Source of the DNA: Eledone cirrhosa
Taxonomy: Eukaryota
Length of the DNA stretch: 64,000 nt
Reading direction: 5' to 3'
Assembly (NCBI GenBank): GCA_964016885.1
Contig: OZ024749.1
Coordinates: forward strand, 56,110,001 to 56,174,000
Each line of letters begins with the position of its first letter. Position 1 is the stretch's first letter. Below the pieces are notes generated by a model that was not told the origin of the DNA, made no database searches, and saw only the letters and a list, made by a program, of their open reading frames with translations. Made by a program: the position numbers and the translations under genes. Shown in pieces: positions 12,571 to 27,944 of the stretch.

Positions 12571-13331
12571 ATACACAAATACACCTGGCATGCAGGAATA
12601 TATACATACATATTACAGGTATGCGAGTTTGAGCACATTATAGAAACACCTGGTATTGTATGTATACGCAAACATAAAAAAAAAAACAACAAAAAAATCC
12701 AGTGCATTTCTGATTGGTTAAATATTATAAACAAAAATTCATGAAAATTCAAAATATATGATATGGAGGCTAATCTTTTTCCTGTAATGAACGTAGCGTG
12801 TGTATTAAAGGCTGAAAAAGTGTTCGTATTAGAATGACTTAAAACTTTTTCTATACAAAAAAATTCATTTGAAATACATTAACGCATTTATTACTTTCTA
12901 CATACTCACACATGAAAAATAACAAAAAAAAAATAAAATAAAATAAGAAAGTAATTCTATGTGAAAAGTGGATCAGTGGAGATTATTTAAGTACTTTGAG
13001 AAAATGTGTAAAATTTTTTTCGAGTGTCAAAATTCTTTTGTACGTTTCATATAATAGCAGTTGAAGAAATGTTAGAAAACACCGAAGTTAAGAACCATAT
13101 AACTTCGTATATAGAAGGTAATCAAAATTATGACATGCGTAAAGAAATTTAAGAAGGTATATGCTTCATACCTTAGGCAAATTATGTTATTTCTTTTCTT
13201 TTCCTAATGCAATATGAAACAGAATGAGATTAAGTTTGATGAGTCTTCTATTAAAACTACTTGGTTTAATGATTGCTTCAAGATGGAGGAACACTCGTCG
13301 TTTAAATCACAGGATATAGTTTCATAGAGAA

Positions 13332-13425
13332 GCAGCGTGGCTCAGTGACTAGAGAGTTAGATTGGTAATCGTGAGATAGTGAGTTCGAATCTCGGTGGGG
13401 CCGAGCGATGCATTATGTCCTTGAA
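13332..13425 (+). mobile_element. tRNA-derived SINE head (second family), truncated by an RTE insertion
   Basis: tggctcagtg A-box, gagttcgaatctc B-box, then tgtccttga. Confidence 0.65.
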
Positions 13426-13692
13426 CTTCTTCTTTTTCTTCTTTTTCTTTTTCTTCTTCTTCTCTTTCTTTTTCTTTTTCTTTTTCTTCTTTGCCCACTT
13501 ATTCGTGAGAGGTTCGTGGGGGCAGAATCCTCAAACAGCAGGTCCTGTCAGAAGCAATTGACTCCAACTGACACGGCTGGATCCCCAAGCGAGACCAACC
13601 GGCTCATGGATGTTATCCAACCATCTTGCCCGGGGTCTACCCGAGTTGAGTTTGCCCGTAAAGTCTGTTGAGTGATTCTTTCCCGAGACATT
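13426..13692 (-). mobile_element. RTE-clade LINE 3' fragment with (GAA/GAAAAA) tail
   Basis: Minus translation SGRPRARWLDNIHE; homologous to 1531-1875. Confidence 0.8.
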
Positions 13693-13749
13693 CCCTCCAC
13701 CCCACCAAACAATTGTTGGCCTTGTGCCTAAATCAGAAACCATTGTGGA

Positions 13750-13932
13750 TTGGCAGTATCGGTAGAGGGTCGGACGTCATGCTTTGACGTATAGAGTTAC
13801 GGCCCTTACCATTCTGAGTTCAAATCCCGCCGAGGTTAACTTTACCTTTCATCCTTACGGGGTCGATAAAATAAAGTACCAGTAATGCACTGGGTAATTG
13901 CTGGCCTGTGCCAAAAGTAGAAACAATTATTA
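13750..13932 (+). mobile_element. SINE family A, near full length
   Basis: tggcagtatcggtagag head, gagttcaaatcccgccgagg B-box, ccagt/actgg stem-loop and ATT tail. Confidence 0.9.
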
Positions 13933-14071
13933 TTCTATTCTATGTAACTACTACTACTACTACTACTACTACTCACATACATACGTATGTATGTATGTAT
14001 GTGTGTGTGTATGCGTTTAGGTTTGGGCGTTTACTATATAATGTGATTTTGATTCTCGCTTTTTGTGTTGC

Positions 14072-14114
<43 letters not shown>

Positions 14115-14258
14115 TTTTATGCATATATAAAAGTATATATACATGCACAACTGTAGGGTGCGGGTGGCTACGTTTGATAACCCATTACTACATTTATATG
14201 AACACATAGATATATATATATGTACACACACACACACATGCATATCTATCTATCTACC

Positions 14259-14293
<35 letters not shown>

Positions 14294-14385
14294 AGTGGTT
14301 TATTTGTGTAATGTCCGAAAATATATATATACATATGTCAACTTGATGTAGTTACATTGTAGTTAGTGGTATTACTTTCTTTCTG

Positions 14386-14424
<39 letters not shown>

Positions 14425-14443
14425 CTATGTTTCTTTCTCTCGT

Positions 14444-14475
<32 letters not shown>

Positions 14476-15093
14476 ATATATATATATATATATATAGGGT
14501 GTGTGTATTTGTTTATTTATGTATGCATAATCATTTGAAGTCAAATGTATATTTCCACATCAGAAATAAATAAACAGAATATGTTGTTAATGGGGGGAAT
14601 AGTTTAAAATGGTGAATTCTTCAACTGTTTTTTATGGCTTAATAATCAGAACCGGAAGTCGTTGTGGAGAAAAGCAACGAGACTAGAATGGTAAATGGTA
14701 AATCACTTCTGATAAAACTGTGATCTTTATGACGTGTGTATGCCTGTCATGTGATGGTTGTATCCATGTCATGTGATTGTTGTATATGTGCCATGTGATT
14801 CGGGTAGTGGTGGTGATGACGGTGGTGGTGGTAGTGAAATCTTTATTTTAAATTTTAATTGCCCTGGTGTAATCATCAATATAGTAATTAATTAAATATA
14901 CTTCAAATAAACACACACATACATATATACACATACATATATACATAAGCCAAGATACACAGACACACACAGATTTATAGTAATAGATGAACAGCCACCT
15001 CTCACCCTCTCTCCCTCAAACTCTTCCACCATACCTCACTTCACTCACCCTCATTCACTCACCCTAATTCACTCACTCATTCTCCCTCATTCA

Positions 15094-15169
<76 letters not shown>

Positions 15170-15229
15170 TTTCCTATTTTTTTCGGTTTATTTCTATTTC
15201 CTCCTCATTTTAGACAAGAGGCGTACATA

Positions 15230-15865
15230 TATCATCATCATCATCACCACCACCAACATATATCATCATCATCATCACCACCACCATAACCATATCCAAC
15301 ACTCATCATAATTATCATCACCATCACCAACATTTATCATCATAACCATCATCAACACCACCACCACTACCGTCATCACCATAACCACCATCATCATCAC
15401 CATAACCACCACCACCATCATCACCATGACCCACACCACCACCATCATCACCATAACCCACACCACCACCATCATCACTATAATCACCATAACCCACACC
15501 ACCACACCACCCCCATCATCATCATAACCAACACTCATCATCATCACCATAACCACCACTATCATCATCATCATAACCCCCACCGCCACCCCCATCATCA
15601 CCATAACCACCACCAACACCAACATCATCATCATAACCATAACCACCACCAACACCATCATCATCACCATAACCACCACCACCACCATCACCAACACCAA
15701 CACTATCACCATAACCACCACCATCACCAACACCAACACCAACACCACCATCATCACCATCACCACCACCACCATCATCACCATCACCACCACCACCACC
15801 ACCACCACCACCATCATCACCACCACCAACACCATCATCATCACCATAACCACCACTCACCATAA
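15230..15865. repeat. Degenerate (CAC/CAT)n tract
   Basis: Direct reading. Confidence 0.9.
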
Positions 15866-16717
15866 TGATAATAATTCTCAATGTAGTTATAATAAACATA
15901 ATGTTCCTATCTTCCGGACAAAGTGTTTGGTGGTGGTGTGTACCCCTTCTATTGTAGATAAGAGCAATATCTGTGTTAATGTTGGTATCTGTGTAGTCAG
16001 GGCGTACTACATAGTGTTTAAGACAAATGTACATAGTGTTTATTTTAACATTGTATGGTGCCACCATCAATCATCTACTTTGTTGTGAAATCTTTAAAGG
16101 ATGTATGTATTGTTTACTAATATTTTTCTATTAAGTTTTGTTTTATGTCATGTAATACAGTGCATTGCAATTAGTCATTAGTAGGAAGACATAAGCCTGA
16201 AATCCTGAACTACCGAGTATATTCCACCACTACTTGTGATTTACGGGTTTAATGTAAACGAGATGTTTGAAACTTAGCGAATCTTAATTTTTATGCTGAT
16301 TCAACATGGCTTTGCAGAAGATTAGTAAATCTTAAAAACTATTCCGTTCTACTTGGCTCGCCATGATGCACACAAATACGTCAACTTTGAACATATCTCT
16401 CCATCGTAAGATTCAAACCAATAAGGTACCAAACCTTTAAAACTATTCCAAGAGCTAGCCCCAATCTTCACCTTGGATTTTAGGCAATATATTCTATATT
16501 CACTGCGAATAGAAGGTCTGTTGATAAACCATAAGCCTGCAGGATATTTCTGCAACAAGTCTCACAGCCATATCTTCATCCTAGTATCGGTTTCTGTTCA
16601 AATATTGATAAGCCATAAGCCTTTCTCTCTTGGGCTAGTAAAAGAGATTACTCTGAATAAGTTTAGCGTTTATCAAGGCTTCACCAAATATAGATCTCAC
16701 TTCCATATATATATATA

Positions 16718-17544
16718 CTAGCAGCTGAGCCCCGGTTGCAACCCCACTTACAGTACGTTTTATGAAATAGATTATTGAAGTAGTTTATGTTTTAAGAAGC
16801 ATTTCAGAAAAAAAAAAAAAAATATCACTTGCTGACGCGTACAATGAGAATGGAGCGACGTGACGTTGTTTATTTAACATCTAAATACATGTCTATACCA
16901 CCACTAACAGTAAAGTAGTAATGCAATTTGAAAAATACTACTTACTGTTAGTGGTGGTTAACATGTATTAGAATTAAAATAAAAACACGCGTCCATTCTT
17001 CGCAATTTAAGGGTTTTATTTCTTTTGATGGAAAACAGTGACCGTACTGCAGAATCGATTTCATAAAACGGTACTGTATGATCATTAAATGTAGAAGGAT
17101 GATAGTTTATTAACAGCGAAATAGCAATGTCGATGATATGCAAGTTTAAAAATGCATATTATGAAGGTTTGTATGATAGTTTACACTTTTTCCTGAAACT
17201 GCTTCTTTATAATAAACTTTCAATAATATTTTTCAAATTATTGGTACTGTATGTTAACAGCGAAAGAACGTTGATGAGTTTAAAAATGTGTATGAAATTG
17301 TAAATAACTCAGCCAAATATTAGAACAGAGGCAAATAACTCACCGAACGCGATAGTAAATAGACCGTCTGGGGGCCCTAGGGACCACATTTTTCAAGTTA
17401 GAGATTTGAAACCTCGTCTATTTGCTTCCTTGACACTTTTTACATAGGTGTGTAAATTTTCATGTCCGTCCGACCACGTCTACTACCATTTAACTGTGCA
17501 CATCTGAATTTCAACCACCACCCATTTCACAAATATATATTAGA
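16718..17544 (-). mobile_element. Non-autonomous Helitron-like element
   Basis: On the minus strand it starts A|TC (TCTAATATATAT, 17544) and ends CTAG|T (16718). A GC-rich subterminal palindrome (ggttgcaacc) lies near the 3' end, and there is no TSD. Confidence 0.55.
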
Positions 17545-17645
17545 TATGGTGTCCCCACAAAATGTATACACACTTTGATTACCTGTACAGACAATATTTA
17601 TTAGAATGCTGTTGAATTGAGTATACATTCTTTTGGGACACCATA
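17545..17645. mobile_element. Tc1/mariner-type MITE (about 100 bp)
   Basis: Imperfect TIRs tatggtgtccc..aatgtatac / gtatacatt..gggacaccata, TA-flanked. A second copy lies at 24355-24444. Confidence 0.75.
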
Positions 17646-17698
17646 TATATATGTGTGTGTGTGTGTGTAATATATATATATATATATATATATATACA

Positions 17699-17736
<38 letters not shown>

Positions 17737-17760
17737 GAGAGATATATATATATATATATA

Positions 17761-17802
<42 letters not shown>

Positions 17803-18227
17803 ATTTAAATACATATGCATGAGTAAATACACACGAATATATAATATAGACCACATGTACAACCTAGGCTCGCGTGCGGCACGCGCGTATCTATTACCAA
17901 TGGAGGTTTTGGGTTACAGCAGGACAAATTGAAAATTCAAATATGTTTCACGCTTGGCTCGAGTTTCTCGTCCACCATCTCATACCGACTAAATATCGTG
18001 TAGCATTATGTTAATGTTTGTCTGAATTTCTCAAGAGTTTAGAAAACTAGAATTTTATCCAGCAAATCGTTATATAATATAATCAGTTGCTGATAGGTCA
18101 GACTAGCCGTTCAAATTGTCAGATCTTAGACGACTCGTTGGCATTGATACAAATAACACAGGCTTGTCACGCTGTTTGCTTTATAGTGAGTATCTTTTGC
18201 TACCAGGTAAATGTGTCCCGGTGTTCG

Positions 18228-18435
18228 TGGTTATAGAAAGTTGATTCTCGATCGCAATAAAAGAATACCGTCTAAGTTCAAATCCCGCCGAGGTCAATTT
18301 TGTTTTTCATATTTTTGAAGGTTGCTAAGAAAAGGTACCTGTCAAATACTGAGGCTGATTCTTTGTCGATATCTTTTTCTCACTTATCTTTCATACACAC
18401 ACCCTTTCTTTTTCTGGAAAAATTGGACTGTGTTG
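18228..18435 (+). mobile_element. SINE (family A-related, variant tail)
   Basis: agttcaaatcccgccgaggtcaattttg core; tail ttttctggaaa..ttggactgt is shared with about 28160. Confidence 0.7.
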
Positions 18436-19018
18436 GGAGAGAGGAGAGGATGGGTTCCATCCGATGTTAAATCACGCCGTATATCTTGACGGAGCTTCTT
18501 CGTCTTCACCAGGAGTTACGAATCTTTACATACGATAAAATGTACAATTAATAACTAGGTGAAAACAGGTGTGACTTGAGTGGAATTTGACTACTACTTC
18601 TAGCAGAATAAATCTTTAGATAAAGGCACCTATGATTCCATCGTCGTACTAAACCAATAACGTATTGATCGTTACCTTGGTTAATTTCAGAAGGTTTCTT
18701 TATTTGTTGATATTGAACCATCACCGAGCTGACTTTTATTGAATGGTATTTCACCAGTAATTAGTCACGGAAATTTCAAGGGTTTTTTTCTCTCCAGGTA
18801 TCTTATAACTCAAGAATTGGCCGCTATTTCTAGCAATTCAAGTGACCGCACATATACTGACTGTGTTGTCCCCATAGTGAATAAGAGATGTTGTGATTGT
18901 CGTCATGGTTATTTTGAGAAAATTCTTTAATGTTTTGCTTGGCAGTGCAATGAACGGATCTATGGCAGACGTTTGCACTAAAAACAAATCTGAACTCAAA
19001 CGAAACACAACAACCATT

Positions 19019-19828
19019 ATGCAGCCTGGCCTCAGGCAGGCTCACGCGCCAGCTCGACCAGCACCGCCTTGCTTGTTTTCGTGCGGCCTCCAAACCTCAC
19101 AGTGGTGCCTGGCTCGATGCCCTTCCCCCCTTCTCCATTGGCACACAGCTAGACAACCATAGCCTGCGAATCGGCGTTTCCCTGAGGCTCGGCCTCCGAA
19201 TCTGCCAGCCACACCAATGTCGTTGCAGTTCCACTGTGGACTCTTTCGGCCTCCACCCCCTTTCCTGTCGCCACAGTGCCGGCCGCATTCCACGCCATGC
19301 TGCCCGCATTCCACGCCATGCTGCCCGCATTCCACGCCATGCTGCCCTCAACGAAGTCATTAAGCATGGATCGAGGGGCCGGAAAAAGGCCAGATGGCAT
19401 GACCATCTTCACGTTCCGCGGTGGAAAACTCCTCGTCTGGGATGCCACTTGCACCGACACTTTCTGCAGCCGCAACCTGGTGTAGTCTGCGACTGACCCA
19501 GGTTCTGCTGCACGTCGGGCTGAGGGGGCCAAACTCCTCAAATACCGGTCGCTCTCCGACAGGTTTGCGGTCGTTCCCCTGGCAGTGGAGACTTCTGGTG
19601 TCCTCGGCCCCAGGGCTACCTCCTTATTCACCACCATAGGCGCTGAGCTGGCCAGCCGCAGGTGTGAGCCCGGCGAGTTGGAGTGGCGTCCTCCGGGGAA
19701 ACGCCTTCTCCATTCTGTGCGCCGGGGCTGTGGGTGGGCCCCATCGCGTACCAATACATTAGTTAAATACCATTCTTTCATCTGATACAACACAATAAAG
19801 ACTAAAGTGTTAAAAAAACAAACAAAAA
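19019..19828 (+). mobile_element. CRE-clade non-LTR retrotransposon, 5'-truncated (zinc knuckle plus restriction-like endonuclease), pseudogenised
   Basis: SGAWLDALP..LRIGVSLRLGLRICQPHQCRC..VD..GLHPLSC..SAGRIPRH..LN / GKRPDGMT..LLVWDATCTDT..AARRAE..K..KY..PLAVETSGVLGP..RRG. Also AATAAA, an A-rich tail and a 12-bp TSD acaacaaccatt (19007-19018, 19829-19840). Confidence 0.9.
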
Positions 19829-20278
19829 ACAACAACCATTGTTCTTTTGTTTTATAAGTGTACAGTGCTAGAAATATTTCTAAAATGTTTATTCATTCAT
19901 GTATGTGTAGGTTTGTGACTTAGGTGTGTTTTTTTGTGTTTTGTGTGTATGTGTGTAAACATTAACGGAAACAAAACAAAAAAAACAGTACAATGAAGAA
20001 ATATATTAGTTTAAAACGGAGGGTCGTTATCACATGACCAAAGGGAGAAGGGGACCAATTGGTGGTCCCCGCCCCACAAACACACATAATTTCCATGTGA
20101 TTGTATTGTTATTCTAGATCCCATGTGTAGAAACGGGTTCAATCCCCACATTTTGTCTTTTATAATCCCACCTTGGAATATTCCCCCTCAATGTATCTCT
20201 ACAAAATGTCGCTATTATTATTATTATTGTTTTGTTTTAAATATTATTGCAACTTACCATTGTGTATTATCATTATTA

Positions 20279-20450
20279 TGGCAGAATCGGTAGAGCGACA
20301 GACAATATGCTTTATGACATAAGGTTATTCCCGTTTACGATGTGAGTTCAAGTCCCGTCGGGGGTCGATAAAATAAAGTACCAGTAATACACTGGGGTCG
20401 ATTTAATCGACTTTCCTTTTCCCTTGTGCCAAATATTGAAACCATTATTA
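20279..20450 (+). mobile_element. SINE family A (internal deletion)
   Basis: tggcagaatcggtagag head, gagttcaagtccc, ggggtcgataaaataaagtaccagt. Confidence 0.85.
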
Positions 20451-20605
20451 TTATTATTATTAGTAGTAGTAGTGGTGGTAGTAGTGGTGGTAGTAGTAGT
20501 AGTAGTAGTAGTGGCAGTGGTAGTAGTATGATTATTTTCATTGCTGTTGCCATATGTCCTTTTCTATTTAGGTCCTGATAATCACTAACACATGTACGCA
20601 TTAAC

Positions 20606-20637
<32 letters not shown>

Positions 20638-20852
20638 CTACACACATACGTTATACATAAACACACACACACATAAATATATATATATACAGTATATACA
20701 GTGACATAAGTTATTCGTACTTGATGCTTATTTTTTTTTATTTTCTAGAACAAGGATTCATGTGAACGCCAAATACCTCCATGTGTGTTGACACGCCCCT
20801 TTCTACTGAGAAGGTCAGTCGTTTATACGCTATATACACTCATATACACACT

Positions 20853-20929
<77 letters not shown>

Positions 20930-22590
20930 CAAACACGCGTGTATATGTCTTTACTTTTAACAGTTGATATAACTTCCGAATATATAAATATATGTATGTA
21001 CGTCAATAGTATATATGATATTTTTATACCTGTATGTATTATATATGTTTGTAATTCAACAATATATATATGCCCGAGCATTCTATATTATGTCTGTAGG
21101 TTTATACGCGAGCGCCCCTACACTATCACTCACATATATTCACTCTTTCGTGTAAACATAAGCAACTCGAAATGGGACATTAACCTTTATATGCCTCCTC
21201 TGAACAACCTTGTTATAACCATCGTTTCACTTGAATGTAACGTGTCATAATATATAGAAGGTATCTAAAGTTAGATAAATAGCTACTAAAGATGATGAAC
21301 TAGCTGAACAACGAATTAAGGTTTCTAGCTTGTGTATCTCAATATAACTATAGGTGATAGAGAGGACAACCTAAGTAATAGGAGAGATCACAGAAATGTT
21401 TGATATGTTACAGTTTTATATTGCCATGAAGATAGAAGACTGTAATATTTCTGGATTTGGCCTTTCTCGGAGCAAGTTAATTAGACCGATGCATCAAGAT
21501 AGAGTTTGAATGTCGTGTTACCATTTGAGTTGTAGTTAACTAAATTTTGAAGATATTAAGTTGAAGGAAAATGAACTTATCGAACTTATCTATAACCATT
21601 GATATGGTCTAACTGTTGCCGATACAGAACACCAGTTATCTCTGATTCCAGTGTTTAACCTATCACTTGTTAGTCGACCTAAGTCCTTTAATGTATCTCG
21701 TTAAACGCTTCTCAATTCTGAGCTTTAATCCAACGCTGGACGATCAGTTTCTTTTGCAATTGTTTAAATCCTTCCCATCCTTAATCAAAAAATATTTGCC
21801 GAGCAAGCACATATTCTAACCGCTGTTCAACAAAAGCATAAAGATGAGCGCAGCAACATTGTGGAAATGATGCCCAGTGCAGTTATAAGATACTCATAAA
21901 AGAAAATACAAACGTGTATCTATTCAGAACTGTCGACATGTAATTGCTGAAGTATATGGGTTTGTCCCATAAACAGAAAATGCGTTGAAAATCCTTGTAT
22001 GTTGCGCTCATGTCCTCATGATTGGGCTACATGATTGGGCTACACAGGACGTACATGCTACATTTTCAAAAGCACAATAATACAACACCCTTTCCGCCAT
22101 GAACACATCGTCCCCCATACATCTGAGAGTAATTGTATATATAGTCTATAAGTTTTAAATGTTTCTTCTTCTGGCTTTCGTTATTCGCCTGCAGCCATTT
22201 TCTGATATTAGCTTTGTTTTTCAGTCACCCTTGACATTCCTGTCCATATTTCAGTGTGGTTTATATTTGTATCGATTGGCTGTACTAGTTGTACAAAAGG
22301 CCAGACTTATCCTACTAACAGTTATACCGAACTGCCTTGACATTAAGTTATGAATGTACCAGTGGGTAGAATAGTACTCCGGTACTTAGACATTAATTCA
22401 ATGAGCAGGTGGTCAGGTGTGATGGAAAAACTGGCATATTCATCATCAAAACCGACAGAGATCCGTTTACTTTCTTTCAGGTTATATATGTGTGTGTTGT
22501 AGTGGTGTGGGTAGGTGGGGTAGTAGAGATTCGTACTTTGTGTGTGTGTATATATCGATGGATTCAGTTTGAAACTGGTTAGACCATATA

Positions 22591-22634
<44 letters not shown>

Positions 22635-22854
22635 GAGAGAGAGACAGAGGTGAGTGGGTAGTGATGGTGTTGGGACGACTGCTTCCAGGCGTCGGAACAC
22701 CAACCACTTCTATGTAAGTGTAAAATATTTAGAATTCCGATAATAGAGATGATTGCAGCATAGTTTTATTTTTCATCCTTCTAGCTTATGGAAACATAAA
22801 TAGAAAACTGTTAAGTGATTTAGACGTAAATATGAACAAGAAAACACAACTTCA

Positions 22855-23082
22855 ACAGTTACAACAACAGTAACAATAACAACAACAGCAGCAATAATAA
22901 CAACAGCAATAATAACAATAACAGCAATAACAACAACAATAATAACAATAACAACAACAACAACAATAACAACAGCAACAGCAACAACAGCAACAGCAAC
23001 AACAACTGCAACAGCAGCAACAACAACTGCAACAGCAGCAACAACTGCTGCAACAGCAGCAACAGCAACAACAGCAACAGAT
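22855..23082. repeat. (CAA/CAG/TAA)n tract
   Basis: Direct reading. Confidence 0.9.
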
Positions 23083-23740
23083 GACTGCTATAGTATACAA
23101 TATATACACATACAATAATAGAAGAATTACATAAAAAAAAGAGAGCTGAGAGATTGGGATAAGAATGAGAAAACAATGAGAAAACAATGAGGAAACAATG
23201 AGGAAAGTGAGGAAATGAAACGTAAACAATGTTTGATATATTAGAGATGGAAAGATATTATAGAGGAGGATAATAGTGAGAGGAGAAGGGAGGGAGAGAG
23301 AGAGGAACGGAGGGGGAGTGATGAGGAGGGAGGAGGGAGAGCTGAGAGGGGGAGAGATGAGGGGGAGAGATGAGGAGAGAGGAGGGAGAGATGAGAGGAA
23401 CAGAGGGGGAGAGATGAGGAAAGAGAAGGGGGAGGGAGAGATGAGAGGAACAGAGGGGGAGAGAGATGAGAAGGGATGGATGGGAAAGAGGAGAGGCGAA
23501 AAGCAGAAAGGAGGAGAAAAAGTGAGAAGAGGAGAGAGAGACGAAAAGATGGAGAAGAGGTGAGGAAAGAGAAGAATAAGAGAGAAGGAGAAAGTATAAG
23601 AAAATGTGTTACATTGTTGCAAATTCTTATTGGGTGTGTTGCTGAAAATTCCTCAACCTGTTTCAAGATGTGCATACATTATGTATCTCTGTAGGTACCT
23701 ATACAGACATACGTAGAGAACGATATATATATATATATAT

Positions 23741-23948
23741 GAAAAAGTATGACCCCGACGGCAGAACTCAAGCCGTTTCGACGGCTATTTCTGGACCAGT
23801 CCAGAAATGGTCCAGAAATAGCCGTCGAAACGGCTTGAGCTCTGCCGTCGGGGTCATACTTTTTCCTATTTCCCACTCTACTACCCTAAGTATTGAGTAC
23901 TCTGGTGCGTTATGGTCCATCTGGTTCCTTACCACAATTCCTTTGTTA
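23741..23948 (+). mobile_element. Short element with a 58-bp terminal foldback, inserted in (TA)n; second copy at 52780-52923
   Basis: 23741-23798 is the reverse complement of 23808-23865 (1 mismatch). 23827-23948 is highly similar to 52802-52923. Confidence 0.8.
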
Positions 23949-23963
23949 TATATATATATATAT

Positions 23964-24027
<64 letters not shown>

Positions 24028-24354
24028 GGATGTATTTCCCCAGGACGGCCGTTGTGTAATGACAGAAAACAGTAACAGAATGAGAGAATATATATACGTA
24101 TGTGTGTGTGTGTGGCAGTGTGTGTGTGTGGCAGTGTGTGTGTGTGTGTCAGTGTGTGTGTGTATGTCAGTGTGTGTGTGTGGCAGTGTGTGTAGATTGG
24201 TGTGTATATAAACTATGACTTTTTGATCCCTCTTCCATTTCTGGAGATATGGTCAATACTGGATCTTGAAACCTTAGGTAACGCTTCTGTTCTGTGTATG
24301 AAGATGAATAAATTATATATATACACACATATGCCCCCCCCCCCCTCACTAAAA

Positions 24355-24444
24355 AAAAAATGTATACATACTTTGATTACCTTTACAGGAAATATTTATT
24401 AGAATGCTGTCGAAGTGAATAGACATCATTTTTGGAGACCCTAT
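24355..24444. mobile_element. MITE, partial second copy of 17545-17645
   Basis: aatgtataca.actttgattacct.tacag..aatatttattagaatgctgt is shared. Confidence 0.7.
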
Positions 24445-24446
24445 AA

Positions 24447-24481
<35 letters not shown>

Positions 24482-24599
24482 AATAAAAGTTAATTACTCA
24501 TATAGATACCCTGCAATTTGTGGTGTAATCTACCCTCCTAATTTTAGACACGTGTTTACTGCGTTTACTTCTACACATATTAATATATATATATATATA

Positions 24600-24658
<59 letters not shown>

Positions 24659-24996
24659 GAGAGGTATATAGATTGTTTTAGCAAGAAGCTAACGCATTCT
24701 ATAACATATATGCGACTATAACGTCAAGATGGGAAAAGTAGTTAATGAAAGATTTAGGAAAAATAACTCAAACTCATCTCAAAAGAGAATCAGGATATAA
24801 ATTCATCCACAGAATTTAGTAAAATCCAGGGAAAAATCTATAGACCTTTAACTCATGATAAAATAAAGTTTGAAACACTTATCCTTCAATTTGGAATAAC
24901 ATCAAATGCTCTGTATAGTCTTAAAAGACTATTTCATGAAAACTTTCAGTGGAGATGGTCACGGTTGGATTTCATTCATCAGCAGAGCTCAACAGA

Positions 24997-27222
<2,226 letters not shown>

Positions 27223-27537
27223 TTCATTTCTGAATTTGTATAGCAAGATTCTTTATCTGAAATCGTGTGTTGAAACCGATATTGTTATACTTTGGGAGGG
27301 TCATGTTGCCAATAAGAAACACACGCACCAGTTGCTTTCACTTCAATTTATTATAATAAATTTATAATAAATTTATAAATTTCTGGTTGTTTGGTTGGTT
27401 CCACAACCAGATAGTTGTTTATATATTGTCATAGTTCTTTCGTCACACACTCTGTGACCTCTTCAGTGACTGGGGATTCCTTTCTTTGTTTCTGTGCCTC
27501 TCCTTTGTTCTGTCCTACGCCATTTTGTTTATAGACA
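27223..27537 (-). mobile_element. Penelope pseudo-LTR or retrozyme-like fragment between two (TA)n arrays
   Basis: Unique 315-bp island carrying a hammerhead motif and an 8-bp hairpin ctggttgt/acaaccag. Confidence 0.55.
27428..27470 (-). ncRNA. Minimal type-I hammerhead ribozyme
   Basis: Minus strand: gtca-CTGAAGA-g-gtcaca(gagtg)tgtgac-GAAA-gaac-TA-tgac. Stem I is 4 bp perfect, stem II 6 bp perfect, and G15.2-C16.2 closes a tiny stem III. Confidence 0.8.
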
Positions 27538-27561
27538 TATATATATATATATATATACACA

Positions 27562-27601
<40 letters not shown>

Positions 27602-27944
27602 CATATGCATATATATATATATATATACATACATACATACATACATACATAAGTTAGAGCCTATTCTTTTCTCAGTACAGATTTTGTTACAACTTCCAAA
27701 TTGATTAATTTCTCAGAGGTGCTGTATATATGAAGAACTTAGAGCTCACTGAAGGCTGCTATGTTGAATGCATTAAGTCACATAAATTCTAATTACAGGA
27801 AATTATAACCGTAATGAGGAGAAACGTTACAAAGGGTTAATGAAAACTATTCTGAAGAAAGACACTTTAGAGAACAATTGAAATTGGAAACAGCACACTT
27901 TAAATTAATTTCCCTGAAGTATTGAGTGCTAAATAAATGGGTTT

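Noticed and set aside
13332-13410. tRNA gene
   Set aside because: A and B boxes are present but there is no acceptor stem or cloverleaf, and it continues into SINE body sequence.
16400-16500. LFQELAPIFTLDF resembling a CR1/L2 pre-RT motif
   Set aside because: Too short and decayed to assign without a search.
20050-20070. ggggacca/tggtcccc hairpin with a miR-133-like seed; miR-190-like stretch at about 23229
   Set aside because: Matches are too short, the rest of the mature sequences differ, and there are no precursor hairpins.
24930-24990. CTGATGA...GAAA on the minus strand (similar cases at about 8510, 27852, 29680-29715 and 57880-57915)
   Set aside because: No convincing stem II or stem I.
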